From contig CAKKNE010000006.1 of NCBI GenBank assembly GCA_918797485.1, positions 744,001 to 808,000 of the forward strand: a stretch of 64,000 nucleotides of DNA. Direction: 5' to 3'. Made by a program: the position numbers and the translations under genes. The notes below the pieces were generated by a model, which was not told where the DNA came from, did not search any database, and worked only from the letters and a program-made list of their open reading frames with translations. This document shows positions 19,874 to 31,144 of this stretch, piece by piece. This DNA comes from Pelagomonas calceolata. Taxonomy: Eukaryota. How positions within the stretch are numbered: position 1 is the stretch's first letter; the number at the start of each line of letters is the position of its first letter.

Positions 19874-22800
19874 ATGGCTTCCTCCTTTGTCGATTCGTTG
19901 CACCAGTTTAGTGGGTACCTCCAACGGCATTGGAGCGGTTTGACACAGAGCGAGAAAGAAGAGTCACGGAGAGTCATGGCGCTGTTACGTGAAACCGTCG
20001 ACAACGCGCAGCCCGGGTCGGCTGCCGCGGCGATGGAGACGACGGACGACACTGCGGCCGCGGCCGCGGCCGCAGCCGTCGACGGCGCCGCGCCGGGCGC
20101 CTCCGCTACCGACGCCGCGCCGACCGTCGAGGAAGCGCTGGCGCGGGCCGCGCCGCCGGTCGTCGCGCCGGCACGCGACGACCGCGTCGCTGAGCCGGTC
20201 GCGGCCGCGCCGCCGGCCGAGCCTTCGCCTTCGGTCGGCAGTGCGATGGCGCTCGATGTCGTGCGGCCGGCCGCGCCGTCGGACCTCGCGTCTGACGCCG
20301 ACGAGCAGCCCTTCGCGCCGGCCGAAGACGCGGAGTCCATAGCGGAGGACGGCGCGATGCTATCCGACGACGAGGCCAGCTCTTCTTCTGATGACGACGA
20401 GCGGGCGGCCATCATGGCGGCCATCAGACGAAAACCGACGCCGTGGACGGGCTTCCGAGGCGACTCCGACGAAAGTGCCGCGCCGTGCGCGGCCGACGCC
20501 CGCGGCGGGCGCACGCGCGCCGTGTTCGGCGACATCACGAACGGTGGCGATGGCGCCGTCGCCGCGACGGCCGAGACGCCGCGGCTCCGCGTGGCGCCGA
20601 CGCCCGCGAACGTGCCGCCGACGCCCGACGACCTGCCCGACGACCTGTCGCAACTGCGGGAACTCTGCACGCAGCGGGGTGTCCCCTACAACGCCAAGGA
20701 CAGCATGAAGAGGTTAAAAGTGAGACTCGGAGGCCGGGCGGCAGCAGCTGTGAGCTCAGACAACGAGCCGCGCCCACCCCCGACACCTCCGCTGACGGCG
20801 ACAGAGCGCTGGGGTGAATCCTTGCGGCGGCAGACGCGGCGACGACCCGCCGTTGCTACTCCGTCGTTCTTCTCGAGGGGCGGCTGGACGCCGGAGCTGG
20901 ACGGCGCGTTGAAAAAACTAGTAGAAGAGCACGGTGCGAAGAAGTGGGATGCGATCGCCGCGGCGATGCCGCGACGCTGTGGGAAGACGGGCAAGCAGTG
21001 TCGAGAGCGGTGGGTCAATGAGCTCGACCCTGCGATCTCGAAGGCGCCCTTTACCGTCGACGAAGTGAGGACCATGTTAGTGGAGCACCACAAGCGCGGC
21101 AACCGCTGGGCCGAGATCGCGCGGATGCTGCCCGGCCGCACGGACAACGCCGTCAAGAACCACTGGAACAAACACTTGGAAGCGCATTTCGAGCGCGTCG
21201 TCGGGGAGGAGGTCGGCGCGGCGGCCGTCGCGTCGCGAAAGTTTGACCTGTCGGGCCAGCTCCTAGAAAAAGTGCTCAGCGCGTGCATGTCCTCATATAC
21301 GCCGCCGAAGCCGCGGGCGAAGCCTACGCCGCGGCGGTCCCCGACGCCGTCCGTTCGCCTCCCGGCCGAGAACGTCGACGACGACGAGTCTTCAAGCGAA
21401 GACGAGGCCGCCGTCGAGCCGATTGAAGATTTGTGGGTGCGGTCGCGGTCGCCGGAGTTTTACACGGCGGTCCTACGGAGCTTCGCGGCCGCGGGCGCCG
21501 CGAACACGCCCGTCGCTCCGCTGGAAAGCATGGACGTCTGCGAGTCGCCCGGCGACGTGGCCGACCTGTCGCACGCGCTGGCGCTGTCCTCAGAGATTGA
21601 CGGGTGCGCGGCGCTGCGGGACGCGGCGGCGGCGTGCGTGCCGGCAGGCAGGGGTCGGTACGGTGGCATCCACCTAGCGACGTGTGCGTCGGCGGATTTG
21701 GTCGAGGTGCGGGAGGACCTCGGCTACGTCGTCGCGTTACCGGGCTTTATTGTTCCATGTGATGTAGGAACGAACCGACACCCGTTGAGGGCCACGCTGT
21801 GTCGCGGACCTGTCCGGATAGTGGACGGCAACGTTCGTGCGGCGACCGAGATAGCGTTTGACGTGGCGCGCGTCGTGCTCTCGTTCTACGCGCCCCACGA
21901 AGGGCAACTGAGTCACATTGCCGATCTCCAGGAGAGGGCACGGCTCTTCGCGCTGCGGGACGCGTACGCGAAGCTGCCAGCGCTGCGGTGGAGCCGCGGC
22001 TTTACTAGAAGGATCGCGCCGGGCCTCTCGTTATATCCAGGCGTCGCCGGCGCCCCCAATCGCCTCAGAATTAACGTCAAGGGCTGCAGTAAAGTGATGC
22101 TCGAAGACACGCCCAAGAACCGCGAGAAGGCGTTGCGCGTCATCGCCAAGTGCGACTCGTATAAGCTGAAGCGCAAGGCTTTGATGAAGGAGCGTGAAGC
22201 CGCGCTACGGGACGGCACCAAAACCATCGAGGACCTCGCCATAGAGGACGGCTTCTATTACCTGGCGCCCGACGAACGGGCCCCCATATCGTTGGCCGAA
22301 TTGTTGGAAGAGGACGAGGGCGCCACGGACGAGGGCCCCGCGGACGCGGTCGACACGCCGGCGCCGCCGCGGCGCCACGGCGACGTAGAGACGGCGCCTA
22401 CTTTGGGCGGGGCGGACGCGGACGCCGCGGGCGACGCGCCGGCGCCGTCGCGCCGCGACGCGCGGGTGGCACCGGCACCTATCGCGTCCGACGTGCCGGT
22501 TGCGGACGCCGCGGGCGGCGCTCCGGCGCTCGCGCCTGCTCAGGCGCACCCCCTGCCCGCGCGGCCGCCGAGTCGGGCCGCGTGCCGCCGACTGGTGCGC
22601 GCGGGAAAGCCGGATCCGTGGGTGGCCTGGGTGCGCCGGTCCCAAGAGTCCGAGGTCGAATGTGCCGCGTCGGCGCGACGGCACGGCCTCATGTACGCGA
22701 CGTCGGCGAGAGACCAGGAGAACTACCTAAGAATCTGCGCGACCCTCGACAAAACGGAGTCGACGCCGGCCGAGCGCTTTGAAAGGATGCTACTCGACGA

Positions 22801-23338
22801 AGCGGAGGCGATCCAGCGCTACACTCGAGGCCTCCGCCTGGCCGCGCCGCCGTCCGACTACCCGGTGCCGTGCGGACTAAGCCAGATGGTGGGCATGTCC
22901 CGAGCGACGCGGGACGACGTGCGCCGCGACTTCGAGGAAGCGATGCGCCAGTTCGAGGCTTCGAACCAGGCTTTCGAGACCCTCGCGGCGAAGTACGCCG
23001 CCTTCAAGATAGTACTGAACCGCGTCGCGCGCGCGTCCGGACTACTCCGCGGCCTCGTGGCGGCGCGCCTCGGCGCGCCGCTGAGCGACTTCGCGTGGAG
23101 TCGCCTCGACGGCTGGTTCGTGCTCGACACGTTCCTAGACTGCGGCGCCTTGATACCGGACACTGTCGTGCTGATGCCGGCGACTTTCGCGCGCCGCTGG
23201 AACGGTGGCGCCGACCTCGAGTCGTGGAAGCGCTACTTCCACGCGGGGCGCGTGCAGCGCGGCGCCGCGCCGATTGCGACGGCGACGACCATGATGGTCG
23301 CGAGCGAGCGCGCCGGCGTCGCCGACGACTCGGACTAG
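19874..23338 (+). CDS. Large intronless protein with HeH/SAP-like motif and R2R3 Myb domain
   Basis: GGWTPELD...[13 protein letters not shown]...[24 protein letters not shown]; upstream [20 protein letters not shown] motif; the remainder is not recognised. Confidence 0.8.
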   Translation: MASSFVDSLHQFSGYLQRHWSGLTQSEKEESRRVMALLRETVDNAQPGSAAAAMETTDDTAAAAAAAAVDGAAPGASATDAAPTVEEALARAAPPVVAPARDDRVAEPVAAAPPAEPSPSVGSAMALDVVRPAAPSDLASDADEQPFAPAEDAESIAEDGAMLSDDEASSSSDDDERAAIMAAIRRKPTPWTGFRGDSDESAAPCAADARGGRTRAVFGDITNGGDGAVAATAETPRLRVAPTPANVPPTPDDLPDDLSQLRELCTQRGVPYNAKDSMKRLKVRLGGRAAAAVSSDNEPRPPPTPPLTATERWGESLRRQTRRRPAVATPSFFSRGGWTPELDGALKKLVEEHGAKKWDAIAAAMPRRCGKTGKQCRERWVNELDPAISKAPFTVDEVRTMLVEHHKRGNRWAEIARMLPGRTDNAVKNHWNKHLEAHFERVVGEEVGAAAVASRKFDLSGQLLEKVLSACMSSYTPPKPRAKPTPRRSPTPSVRLPAENVDDDESSSEDEAAVEPIEDLWVRSRSPEFYTAVLRSFAAAGAANTPVAPLESMDVCESPGDVADLSHALALSSEIDGCAALRDAAAACVPAGRGRYGGIHLATCASADLVEVREDLGYVVALPGFIVPCDVGTNRHPLRATLCRGPVRIVDGNVRAATEIAFDVARVVLSFYAPHEGQLSHIADLQERARLFALRDAYAKLPALRWSRGFTRRIAPGLSLYPGVAGAPNRLRINVKGCSKVMLEDTPKNREKALRVIAKCDSYKLKRKALMKEREAALRDGTKTIEDLAIEDGFYYLAPDERAPISLAELLEEDEGATDEGPADAVDTPAPPRRHGDVETAPTLGGADADAAGDAPAPSRRDARVAPAPIASDVPVADAAGGAPALAPAQAHPLPARPPSRAACRRLVRAGKPDPWVAWVRRSQESEVECAASARRHGLMYATSARDQENYLRICATLDKTESTPAERFERMLLDEAEAIQRYTRGLRLAAPPSDYPVPCGLSQMVGMSRATRDDVRRDFEEAMRQFEASNQAFETLAAKYAAFKIVLNRVARASGLLRGLVAARLGAPLSDFAWSRLDGWFVLDTFLDCGALIPDTVVLMPATFARRWNGGADLESWKRYFHAGRVQRGAAPIATATTMMVASERAGVADDSD

Positions 23339-23680
23339 TCGCTTGGCGGCGGTGCGGTGGTGCGGATCGCGCAACCGGTCCACTGTAGTAAGAATGTATA
23401 CTCTCTTTACTCAATCCCCGCGCGCGCCGCCGGCCGCGCCAAGGTCAAAACTCGGGCCGCGGTTTTCGCGGCGAGGACGATGCGAGAGGCGTCCCGAGGG
23501 GTGCCATCACGGATCCGGAGCTCGCGTCCGGTGCCTGTGACGATGGCCTCAGGTGTGAAGAGCTTAGCTCTCCCAAAGCGGGCGACGTATTTTGTAGGTC
23601 TGACTTTCGAAATCGAGTTCGCGCGCGGAGCCGCGACCCGCGACTCGATTCGGACGCGGTCGTGACCATGACCCCCCGCA

Positions 23681-23856
23681 GGTGCGCCAACCCGAAGAAC
23701 CTGTTCGTCGACTTCGACACGCCGAACTCGCACTTCAGCGACTACCGCAACATGCTCAACAAGGCCCGCCGCTACACCGCGGGCGTCATGGAGACCGCCG
23801 CGGCCTGGGTCCGCAAGGCGCTCAAGGCCGAGGGCAAGGTCACGGCGTGCATCTAG
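23681..23856 (+). pseudogene. Orphan terminal exon fragment
   Basis: Strong GC3 codon bias after a CCGCAG|G acceptor, ending in TAG; no convincing upstream exon. Confidence 0.4.
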
Positions 23857-24029
23857 GCTCCGTCTGATGCCAAGCCGCGGTCGAATATACTTCGGTCATC
23901 GCATGTTCAGCAACCCCCACGCCATCGACGCGACGGGTGGGTGATAAGATCTTACGAATTAACGTTACGCCAAGGATGCTTCGGCCCCGAGCCAGCCTTC
24001 ATAGGCGCGAGGCGTCCAGCTTTCGCTGG

Positions 24030-24200
24030 ATGCGCCGCACCGCATCTTACCTTGGATTCCGCGTCGCGTGGTTTGTTTATTGGAACCGCGACCCGGCGCC
24101 GTGGGACGCGGAGCGGAAGGGCGTCCACGCGGCCTTCCTCGCGCGCGCGGCGGTCTTCTGGGCGCTGAATTTATTCTGGTTCTGGAAGCTCGGGCGCTCG
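24030..24200 (+). pseudogene. TLC (TRAM/LAG1/CLN8)-like C-terminal membrane-protein fragment
   Basis: SYLGFRVAWF...FWALNLFWFWKLG resembles the last two helices of TLC domains. Confidence 0.4.
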
Positions 24201-24233
24201 GACGAATGGCACCTGCGCGCAGCCCCTCTGCCC

Positions 24234-24472
24234 GCCGTCGCCCGGCGTGGCGGCGGCGTTGGTATCGCGCCAGATGAATTAGGAGGCGGCCCTCGATGCG
24301 CCGTGACCTTGTGGAGGACGGCGCGGCCAGCGACGAGGAGCGCGAGCCGCATGATGATCATGACCTGGAGGGCCCCGTCGCCCCGGCGTGGCGACGGCAT
24401 CGGTAACGCACCAGATCAATTAAGAGGCAACCCTCGATGATGCGCCGTGGCGTTGTAGAGGACGGCGCGGCC
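24234..24472. repeat. Diverged ~95-bp direct repeat (two copies)
   Basis: 24234-24328 and 24375-24472 share ccgtcgccc(c)ggcgtggcg...ccagat.aatta.gaggc..ccctcgatg...gaggacggcgcggcc. Confidence 0.8.
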
Positions 24473-26056
24473 GGTGTCTGACGTCGTCGAGGCCATTTGA
24501 GGTGCGCCGCACGGCGGTACGCACCTCACGACCTCGTGTACCCCGCAGGCCGCGTCCATGAGTACTCTCAATCGCTCGTACGCGCGAAGACCGTCGCCGA
24601 CCGCCTGTCCACGGCGACGCTCTATGCAAGGCCCACGTCTCAAGCACCGCGTGCGCACCCCTCCTGATCTCGCACAACCCTGCGACCGCGTCCTCAATGC
24701 GATCATCGCGCTCTGGTGAAAAGGCGTACCGTCCTTCCTTTCCCATCCTCCTTACAGCTCGTTCCCTCACAGAAGGGACGAGACTTGATCGGTTTCTACA
24801 AACACCATGCACTGAAAACGAAGAGCTTGGCGTGCCCTTAACCTGAGCACTGCGAGCATGTGTGCGGGCCCGCGGAGATGTCCTTTCTCGAGGAGGCGCC
24901 TCGGAGGAGAACGTTTCGGAGCAGACCACCGCACTCAGCCTCGACCCCTTTGCGACGGCCACATGATACACACGGCGGGCGCGCGAACTATGTTGGCAGC
25001 CCGGAATCTAGTTCCAGTGGGTGTGAATCACGGACGGAACACATGTAAAGGGATCGTCGGCGTCGTCGTGCGGTGCCGCCGCCGTTTCGTCTTGCGTGCT
25101 GCGCCCGACCCCGTAGCCGCTCGTCGTCGAGCCGTCACAGTTCTCGTGTCACACTTGCACGTAGATGAGCCGGCGCCCGCAGCTCTGGTTGGCGTCAAGT
25201 TTTTTTTTTCTCTTTGCGGCCGCACTTTCGTGCGGCCTGTGGCGCTACTCTGGCGTCATGTTTTTTTTATTGTCATCTATCTCGTGGCCGCGGCACGCTA
25301 CGCTAGAGCGCATGTCTGCAACACAGCTGTGCTGGCGCAGGAGAGCCGCGGCGGCGCGCTGAGAGCTGGCGCAGCGCAGCGGCGAGAGCAGTCCTCGCTG
25401 GATAGGCTCCCGGAGAACCCCAAAGCTTCGGAGCCGCGCTGTAACGCGTGCTATTTGCCGCATTGAGAGCTGCACCTCTCAGCTCCTCTCAAAGCTCGAC
25501 CGTCGAGGCGTCCTCAATGGTTCTTCGCGAGCAGCCCTTCGACGCAGCGCACCGCTCTGCATAAGAATCGTCCGCGAAAGGAACTTGCTTCGCTGCAGCG
25601 CCAAAACCCGGTTTTTAGCGCCGCCCGCCGCTGAAAAAGTGTCCTTGCTCCGCTCTCGATCACCACAATAGTTAAGGAGAAAAGGAAGCCATAATGCCGG
25701 CCTTGAAGCTGTGCCAAGCCAGCGCCTGACTCATAACTTGCGCGCGGGCGCGCGTCGTGGGGCACTGAATAGAAACGTCTAGCGCGCGCCAACGCGGGGA
25801 GCGAGCTGCGCCCCGTCGGGGACGCGTCGGAAGAGTCGCGAATCGAATGCCAGACACCAATTCTCAACTTCTGAGCAATTGGAAGCTGCGCAGACAGCGA
25901 AACCGCCTCAGACCCACACGTTCTCGCTTCCCGCCATCGCTCCCACAAGGAGTCTCGCCGCGCCGCCGCGCCGTCGACGCGACCGCCGCACTCCCACGCC
26001 CCGCCGCAACTCGCGCACCGCTTCCCGCCGCGCCGTCACCCTCGCACACAACACAG

Positions 26057-26456
26057 GACCAAGATCGACTGGCTCGAGAAGGTCGCGCAGACGTTCTACG
26101 CCGTGTCGCTGCTCGCATTCCCCGAGTGGTGGCTCACGGAGAACTTCGTCGACGGCGCCGCGTTGGCCAATAATGATTCCGTGCTGGCGCTCGCGAGCAT
26201 CATGGGCCTGCTCTGCCTGACGATTATCGTCATCACGTTCATCATCCGCAACGCCAAGAACACGCGCGCGGAGCTGATGAAGAAGATGGACATCGCCACC
26301 GCCGTGACGTGGAGCTTCTTCCTCGTCAACAGCATCCGGCTCCAGCAGGACGGCATTGCCCCGGACGCCGCGTTCAAGCAGAACCTCGGCATCTTCTCGG
26401 TCATCATCGGCGCATACGCGTACCAGTCGACGACGCGCAAGCCCAAGTCCAAGTAG
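26057..26456 (+). CDS. Small multi-pass membrane protein; start uncertain, probably in an upstream exon
   Basis: Strong codon bias and hydrophobic helices from the ACACAG|G acceptor at 26056; no in-frame ATG near the 5' end without splicing. Confidence 0.55.
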
Positions 26457-26544
26457 ACCTCTATTTGCTCCGCGCGCGGTAGCCCGGGGCCTTTTCTCTC
26501 TCGACGTAAAAGCATTACTTCGACTTACTACTAGATCCACACAA

Positions 26545-27732
26545 CTAGCGCGCCGGCCGCACGTCCTCGGCCGCGCAGTCGCTGTCGTAGCGCTTGCCCC
26601 AGCCCAGGAAATGGACGCGGTACGAGTCGCCATCGACAGACAATATCTTGGCGCCGTACCAGCGGTCGCTCCAGCGACAGTAACACGCGCCGCCTACTCG
26701 CAAATCATCGGCTGGGTCCGGACCGTCATACGCCGCGAGCTTCGTCTGCATGTACTCCATGGTCGTCGCGCTGCCCTGGCACAGGATGCCGCGCTTCAAG
26801 CACTGCGCCATAAGGCGCGAGCGCTCGTCGCCCGGGGCGCATGCCGTCTTCGCCGGCGCCTTTTTCGCTTTCTTCTTCGGCGGGGCCGCTGGCGGAGGCG
26901 CCGCGGGCGCGCGCCGCCGCTTGCGCACGTGGCGCAGCGGCAATTGCTCCTCCGTTTCCTCGTCAGAGGTATCATACTCGACGTCGACCGTATCGCCATG
27001 GATAGCGGTGATCGTCGCGGGGTAGAAGTCGCGGCTGTACTGGTTGCGGTGCCCATCCGCACGGACGAAGAACTTTGCCTCGACCTTGTCGCCGACGGCC
27101 CACGGCGCGTCGGGCGCCGCCGCCGCCGCCACCTCGGAATAAAGCTCATCAAAATCATCGTCAGTGTCGTCGCCGGCCGCCAGCGGCGGTCGCGTCGGCG
27201 CCGGCGCCGGCGCCGGCGCCGGGGGCGCGCGGCCGCGGCTTGCGCGGCGCGGCGGCAGGCCCATGGCGAGGCGCCGGGCCAATTCCGCGTCGCCGGCCGT
27301 CGCGTCGGCGGGCTCGGCCGGCGCCTTGGCCTTGACCTTGGCCTTCTTGGCGGGGCGCCGCGCGGGCGTCTCGTCGCGAGTCGCGTCGTCGTCGGACGCG
27401 GAAGCCGTCGTCGGCGCGTTCGACAACGGCGAGGGCGGCAGCGGCGGCGGCGGCGCGACGCGGGTCGGCGCCGCGCGGGACGCGTCCGGCGTCACGCTTG
27501 CGGGGGCCGCGTCCGCCTTCAAGCGGCGCCAGGCCCCGACGAAACGCTTTTGCACCAGTGCGGGCCACGTCGACAGTTCGAGCGCCTCGTCGAGGTCGTC
27601 GTACTCGACGCCCGTCAAATCCTCGAGGCGGTCGGCCACCGCGCGCACCGCGGCCCGGCGCTCTGTGCTCCCGACGTGCTCTTTGAGCCACGCGTCGAGC
27701 GCGCGCGCGGAATCGGCGTCGCTGAGGGGCAT
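26545..27732 (-). CDS. Chromatin-reader-like protein with Tudor/Agenet and chromo-barrel (Tudor-knot) domains
   Basis: WAVGDKVEAKF...FYPATITAIHGDTVDVEYD and WYGAKILSVDGDSYRVHFLGWGKRYD. Confidence 0.75.
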   Translation of the reverse strand: MPLSDADSARALDAWLKEHVGSTERRAAVRAVADRLEDLTGVEYDDLDEALELSTWPALVQKRFVGAWRRLKADAAPASVTPDASRAAPTRVAPPPPLPPSPLSNAPTTASASDDDATRDETPARRPAKKAKVKAKAPAEPADATAGDAELARRLAMGLPPRRASRGRAPPAPAPAPAPTRPPLAAGDDTDDDFDELYSEVAAAAAPDAPWAVGDKVEAKFFVRADGHRNQYSRDFYPATITAIHGDTVDVEYDTSDEETEEQLPLRHVRKRRRAPAAPPPAAPPKKKAKKAPAKTACAPGDERSRLMAQCLKRGILCQGSATTMEYMQTKLAAYDGPDPADDLRVGGACYCRWSDRWYGAKILSVDGDSYRVHFLGWGKRYDSDCAAEDVRPAR

Positions 27733-27996
27733 TTTTGATGAGCTAGCGATGCCGCGCCGATGGCGTGCACGCGCAGCGCAGTCTTTTGCGGGGGTGCGCG
27801 AAGACCTCGGGCACTTCCTACTGCCCCCGGGGCCGGAGAGCAGCTCGGGTCTGTTGAGAGCACCGCAAAAAGTTTGTCGCTTCTCAGCGGCCGAAAACGC
27901 TGTGCGGCGGTCACGACCGATAGATAGGTTCGCCCGCGCGTCGCGCAGAGTGTTCAGGTCCTTGGTGGCCGCGTTTTAGCCAAGGGTCAAGCGCTG

Positions 27997-28020
27997 GCTA
28001 GCGCCTTGTAAGACACTAGC
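27997..28020 (-). promoter_or_regulatory. CTAG-flanked intergenic motif copy (GCTAGTGTCTTACAAGGCGCTAGC)
   Basis: Upstream of the 27732 minus-strand gene; near-consensus copy. Confidence 0.5.
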
Positions 28021-28095
28021 AATCAGAGGACTCGTAAAAACGCGTCAAGAATCGGCGACGCGCGGCGTCCACCGTAACATAAATAGGCTAGAGTG

Positions 28096-30884
28096 TTACT
28101 CCGCCCCCCACGGCGTCGCGCCGAGCACCGCGCCCCGGAATTCGCCCCAGGAGACGCGCTGGTCGCCGTCCTCGTCCAGCGCGTCGATCGCGCGGAACAC
28201 GTCGTCCGTGCCCACGTCGACGCCGAGCACCTCGGCGAACTCCTCGTCGTCGCGCAGCGCCGCGGCGGCCTCGCTGACCGATATGGCGCCGTCTCCACTC
28301 GAATCGACCCGGTCAAAAATGCCCCTCAAATACGCCTCGAGCGCCTCGACGTTCGCGTCCGGCGGCGGCGGCGGCAGCTCGTCGTCGGGCTCGTCGTCGT
28401 CCCACGGCCCGAGCAGAGCCTTCCGGAACTCGTCCCAGGAGATGGAGCAGTCCCCGTCCGTGTCCATCTCCGCGAGACTTTCGATGAGTTGCTCCTTGGT
28501 CCAGCCCTCCCGGATCTTCGTGCGCCCGTCGAAGCCCATCGCCTCCGCGAAGTCGTCGTCGTTCCGACACGCCTTCACCGCCTCCGCGACGGAGATCTCG
28601 CCATCATCACCAGCGACTCTGTCAAACAAATCACGGACGTAGGCCTCCATCTTCTGGCGCTCGAGGGCCTCCATGGCCGCATCTAAAGCCGCATCTCTAA
28701 ATTCCTCCCATTCGATCTCGTCGGACCAGTCCCAATCTAAGGCGTCGAGCATCCGGTCGGCGAATTCTTCTCTGCTCAATCCTGAATTTGCAAAGCCGGA
28801 GCCCTCGGCAAACTCCGGGTCCTCCTTCAGAGCCTTGACGAGCTCGCCGTACGACAAGGAACCACTCCCATCGACATCGACCCTATCAAAGACGACCTTG
28901 AGGTAGGCCGCGTACTCGTCAAGATACTCGTTCACCTCCTCGCGCTCGTTCTCCTCGTCTTCGAGCGGGCCCAGGAAGGCTTCCCGGAACTCCTGCCAGG
29001 ACACCTTGTTGTCTCCATCTTGGTCCAGTGATTGTAACATGTCAGTGAGCTGTTCTCTACTACCGTCGGCCTGCCTTACTTTCGTCCGGGACCCGAAGCC
29101 CATGAGTTCCGCGAAGTCGTCGTCGTTGCGCACCTGTGATAAAAAAAAATTATATATATGTAGACATACGTATACATCGTCGATGGCGTAAGGTGGGCGT
29201 AGACATGAGCCGCACGCCGTCGCCGCGCCACGTTGAATATATATATATATATATGTACATATAAATACATATAAATATATGTATACATAAGGACGCGGAG
29301 CACGCACGGCCTTGATCGCCTCCGCGACACTGATCTCCCCATCACCAGACGTGTCCGCGGCCTCGAAGATCGTCCGCAGGTACATTTCCAGCCCTGGTAA
29401 CTCACAGAGGTCGACGTCGAACGGTGACCTGTGTGGAAATCAACCAGTGAATCAGGTTATCCTGAGAAATATTCGCGTCTCGCTATCTCGGCGCCGCGGC
29501 CCTGGTTTCGGCCCAAACTCGGCCACGATCTCCGAGAGATACACTCGACCGAGTGGAGCGAGCAGCACCTCACGCAAACCGCGAGAGACCCCGAATTGAA
29601 GCACAAGTTGAACTTTGATTTCCTCACAGACGGCGACTTTTCCGGTTCGACGAACGGCGGAAGAGGGTCCTCAAACTCCAGCGCACTCCCGAAATGTTTT
29701 CTAAAAGTCTCCCGGCGGTGCTTCAGGTCCGACTCGTCGCCGCCGTGGAGGTTTACTGCCTTGATCTTGTCGTCTGAACTCACGGCAATGCCGTCCAGGA
29801 CTCTTAATTGTTGCAATCTAAATACGACGCGTCTCCGATAGAAAGGTAAATCGCTACAAGGGTTGCCCTGCAATAATAATGAAGAAAACAACGGCAGTCG
29901 TTCCAGGAACTCCACTTCCCGAACTTTTTCTATACAGTTGTCTCGAGCGTCGAGTTCATCGAGCGCCTGCAGCGGCTCCAAGCCATCCAGCGTCGTGATC
30001 TGGTTTTGTGCAACGCCGAGCCTTCTCAAATTCACGAGGTTCTCGAGGCCATCTCCCATCGTGGTCAGTCGGTTGCCCCCGACGTCGAGCTCAACTAGTG
30101 CTGACAAAGTCTCCAGCCCGGAGACGTATGAAAGGTCGTTGTTCCTCATCGACAATATCTTGAGTCTTGATAGGTTCTGTAGACCAGTGATCTCGTACAT
30201 GCGATTGCCATCAAGCACAAACTTCTCGAGTCTTCTATGTGTAGATTGTTCACCAAGGACCTCTATGTCATTGTCCGATAAATCCACCTCAATCAAGTTC
30301 GAGCCGGCGTGCTTGCGACCGAGGGTCCAGGCCTTTTCGCCAGGCACATTCCGCGGAATCTCGAGATCGAACTGCGACAGTTTGTTGCCAGAGGCGTTGA
30401 GTCGCGTCAAGTACGGCAGATGCTCCAACGGTGATAATGACGTCAAATTATTACAAGAGACGTCGAGCGCCTGAAGGTGCTCGTAGGACTGTAGCACGTC
30501 TATATCTACGAGCTGGAGACCGCTCACCGAACAGCCCAGGTAAGCATGCTTTAAGTCAGCAGTCCGGCCCAACGTATGCAGTCCCTGGGCAATATCATCT
30601 CTCTCAAGACTCCGGGGCCCCCGGTCGACCCGGGCCCGCCTCGTGACTTTCCCGCGATAAATTCTACCGATGCTGGTAGCCGCCTGAGTCTGTTCTCGAC
30701 GTTCGTCGACCTCGCGACACGCGATGCGGCCGCGCTGCCGCGTCTGTAATAACGAAGCGGCCTGCTCCCTTTCTTTTTTGAGGGTCTGCGTGCGCTCGAC
30801 GGCCTGGCGGTCGCGGTGGCCTCTACTAATGGCCTGGAGGCGCGTCGCCGCATCCTCCTCCTCTCTTTGCTCGTCGCTGAGCAT
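28096..30884 (-). CDS. IQ motif + LRR (LRRC23/LRGUK-like) + multiple EF-hand protein; exons 30884-29638, 29428-29308 and 29133-28096
   Basis: Three IQ-like motifs, SDS22-type LRRs with an LRRcap (NPC...YRRRVVFRLQQLRVLDG) and about eight EF-hands. Removing two introns fuses the two long ORFs (PEK|SPFDVD; AIKA|VRND). Confidence 0.85.
29134..29307 (-). mobile_element. Introner (AT-rich family), 174-nt GT-AG intron
   Basis: Copy of 18954-19125 with (TA)n expansion; interrupts an EF-hand helix. Confidence 0.85.
29429..29637 (-). mobile_element. Introner (TIR family), 209-nt GT-AG intron
   Basis: Element 29429-29629 with TIRs CTGTGTGGAAATCAA and TTGATTTCCTCACAG; 8-bp TSD ACGGTGAC (29421-29428) and ACGGCGAC (29630-29637). 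Confidence 0.92.
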
Positions 30885-31144
30885 GCTCGACGGCTGTCCT
30901 GCTGGCCCTTCGCGTCGATGGCGTCTCGGGGGCAGCCCGATTAAGGTGAGCGCTGTCTGCTGGACGCTAGTACGGAGCGTGCGGGGCGCTGCAAAATTTC
31001 TCCGTCAGGGGTCTGCCGCGGGCCCCAGGCCTCGCCGCGGGAGCGCTGGGGGCGGCTTCCTTCGGGGAATTTGCCATTGCCGCGCGGCCGGCCGTCGCGC
31101 GAGTTAGACGCTAGAGTTAGACGCGTGAGTTCTACTACAGATAA

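Noticed and set aside
26356..27979. Long plus-strand ORFs (460 aa, 271 aa) and similar Arg/Ala-rich overlapping ORFs across the window
   Set aside because: Shadow frames of real GC-rich genes; stop codons are rare at this composition.
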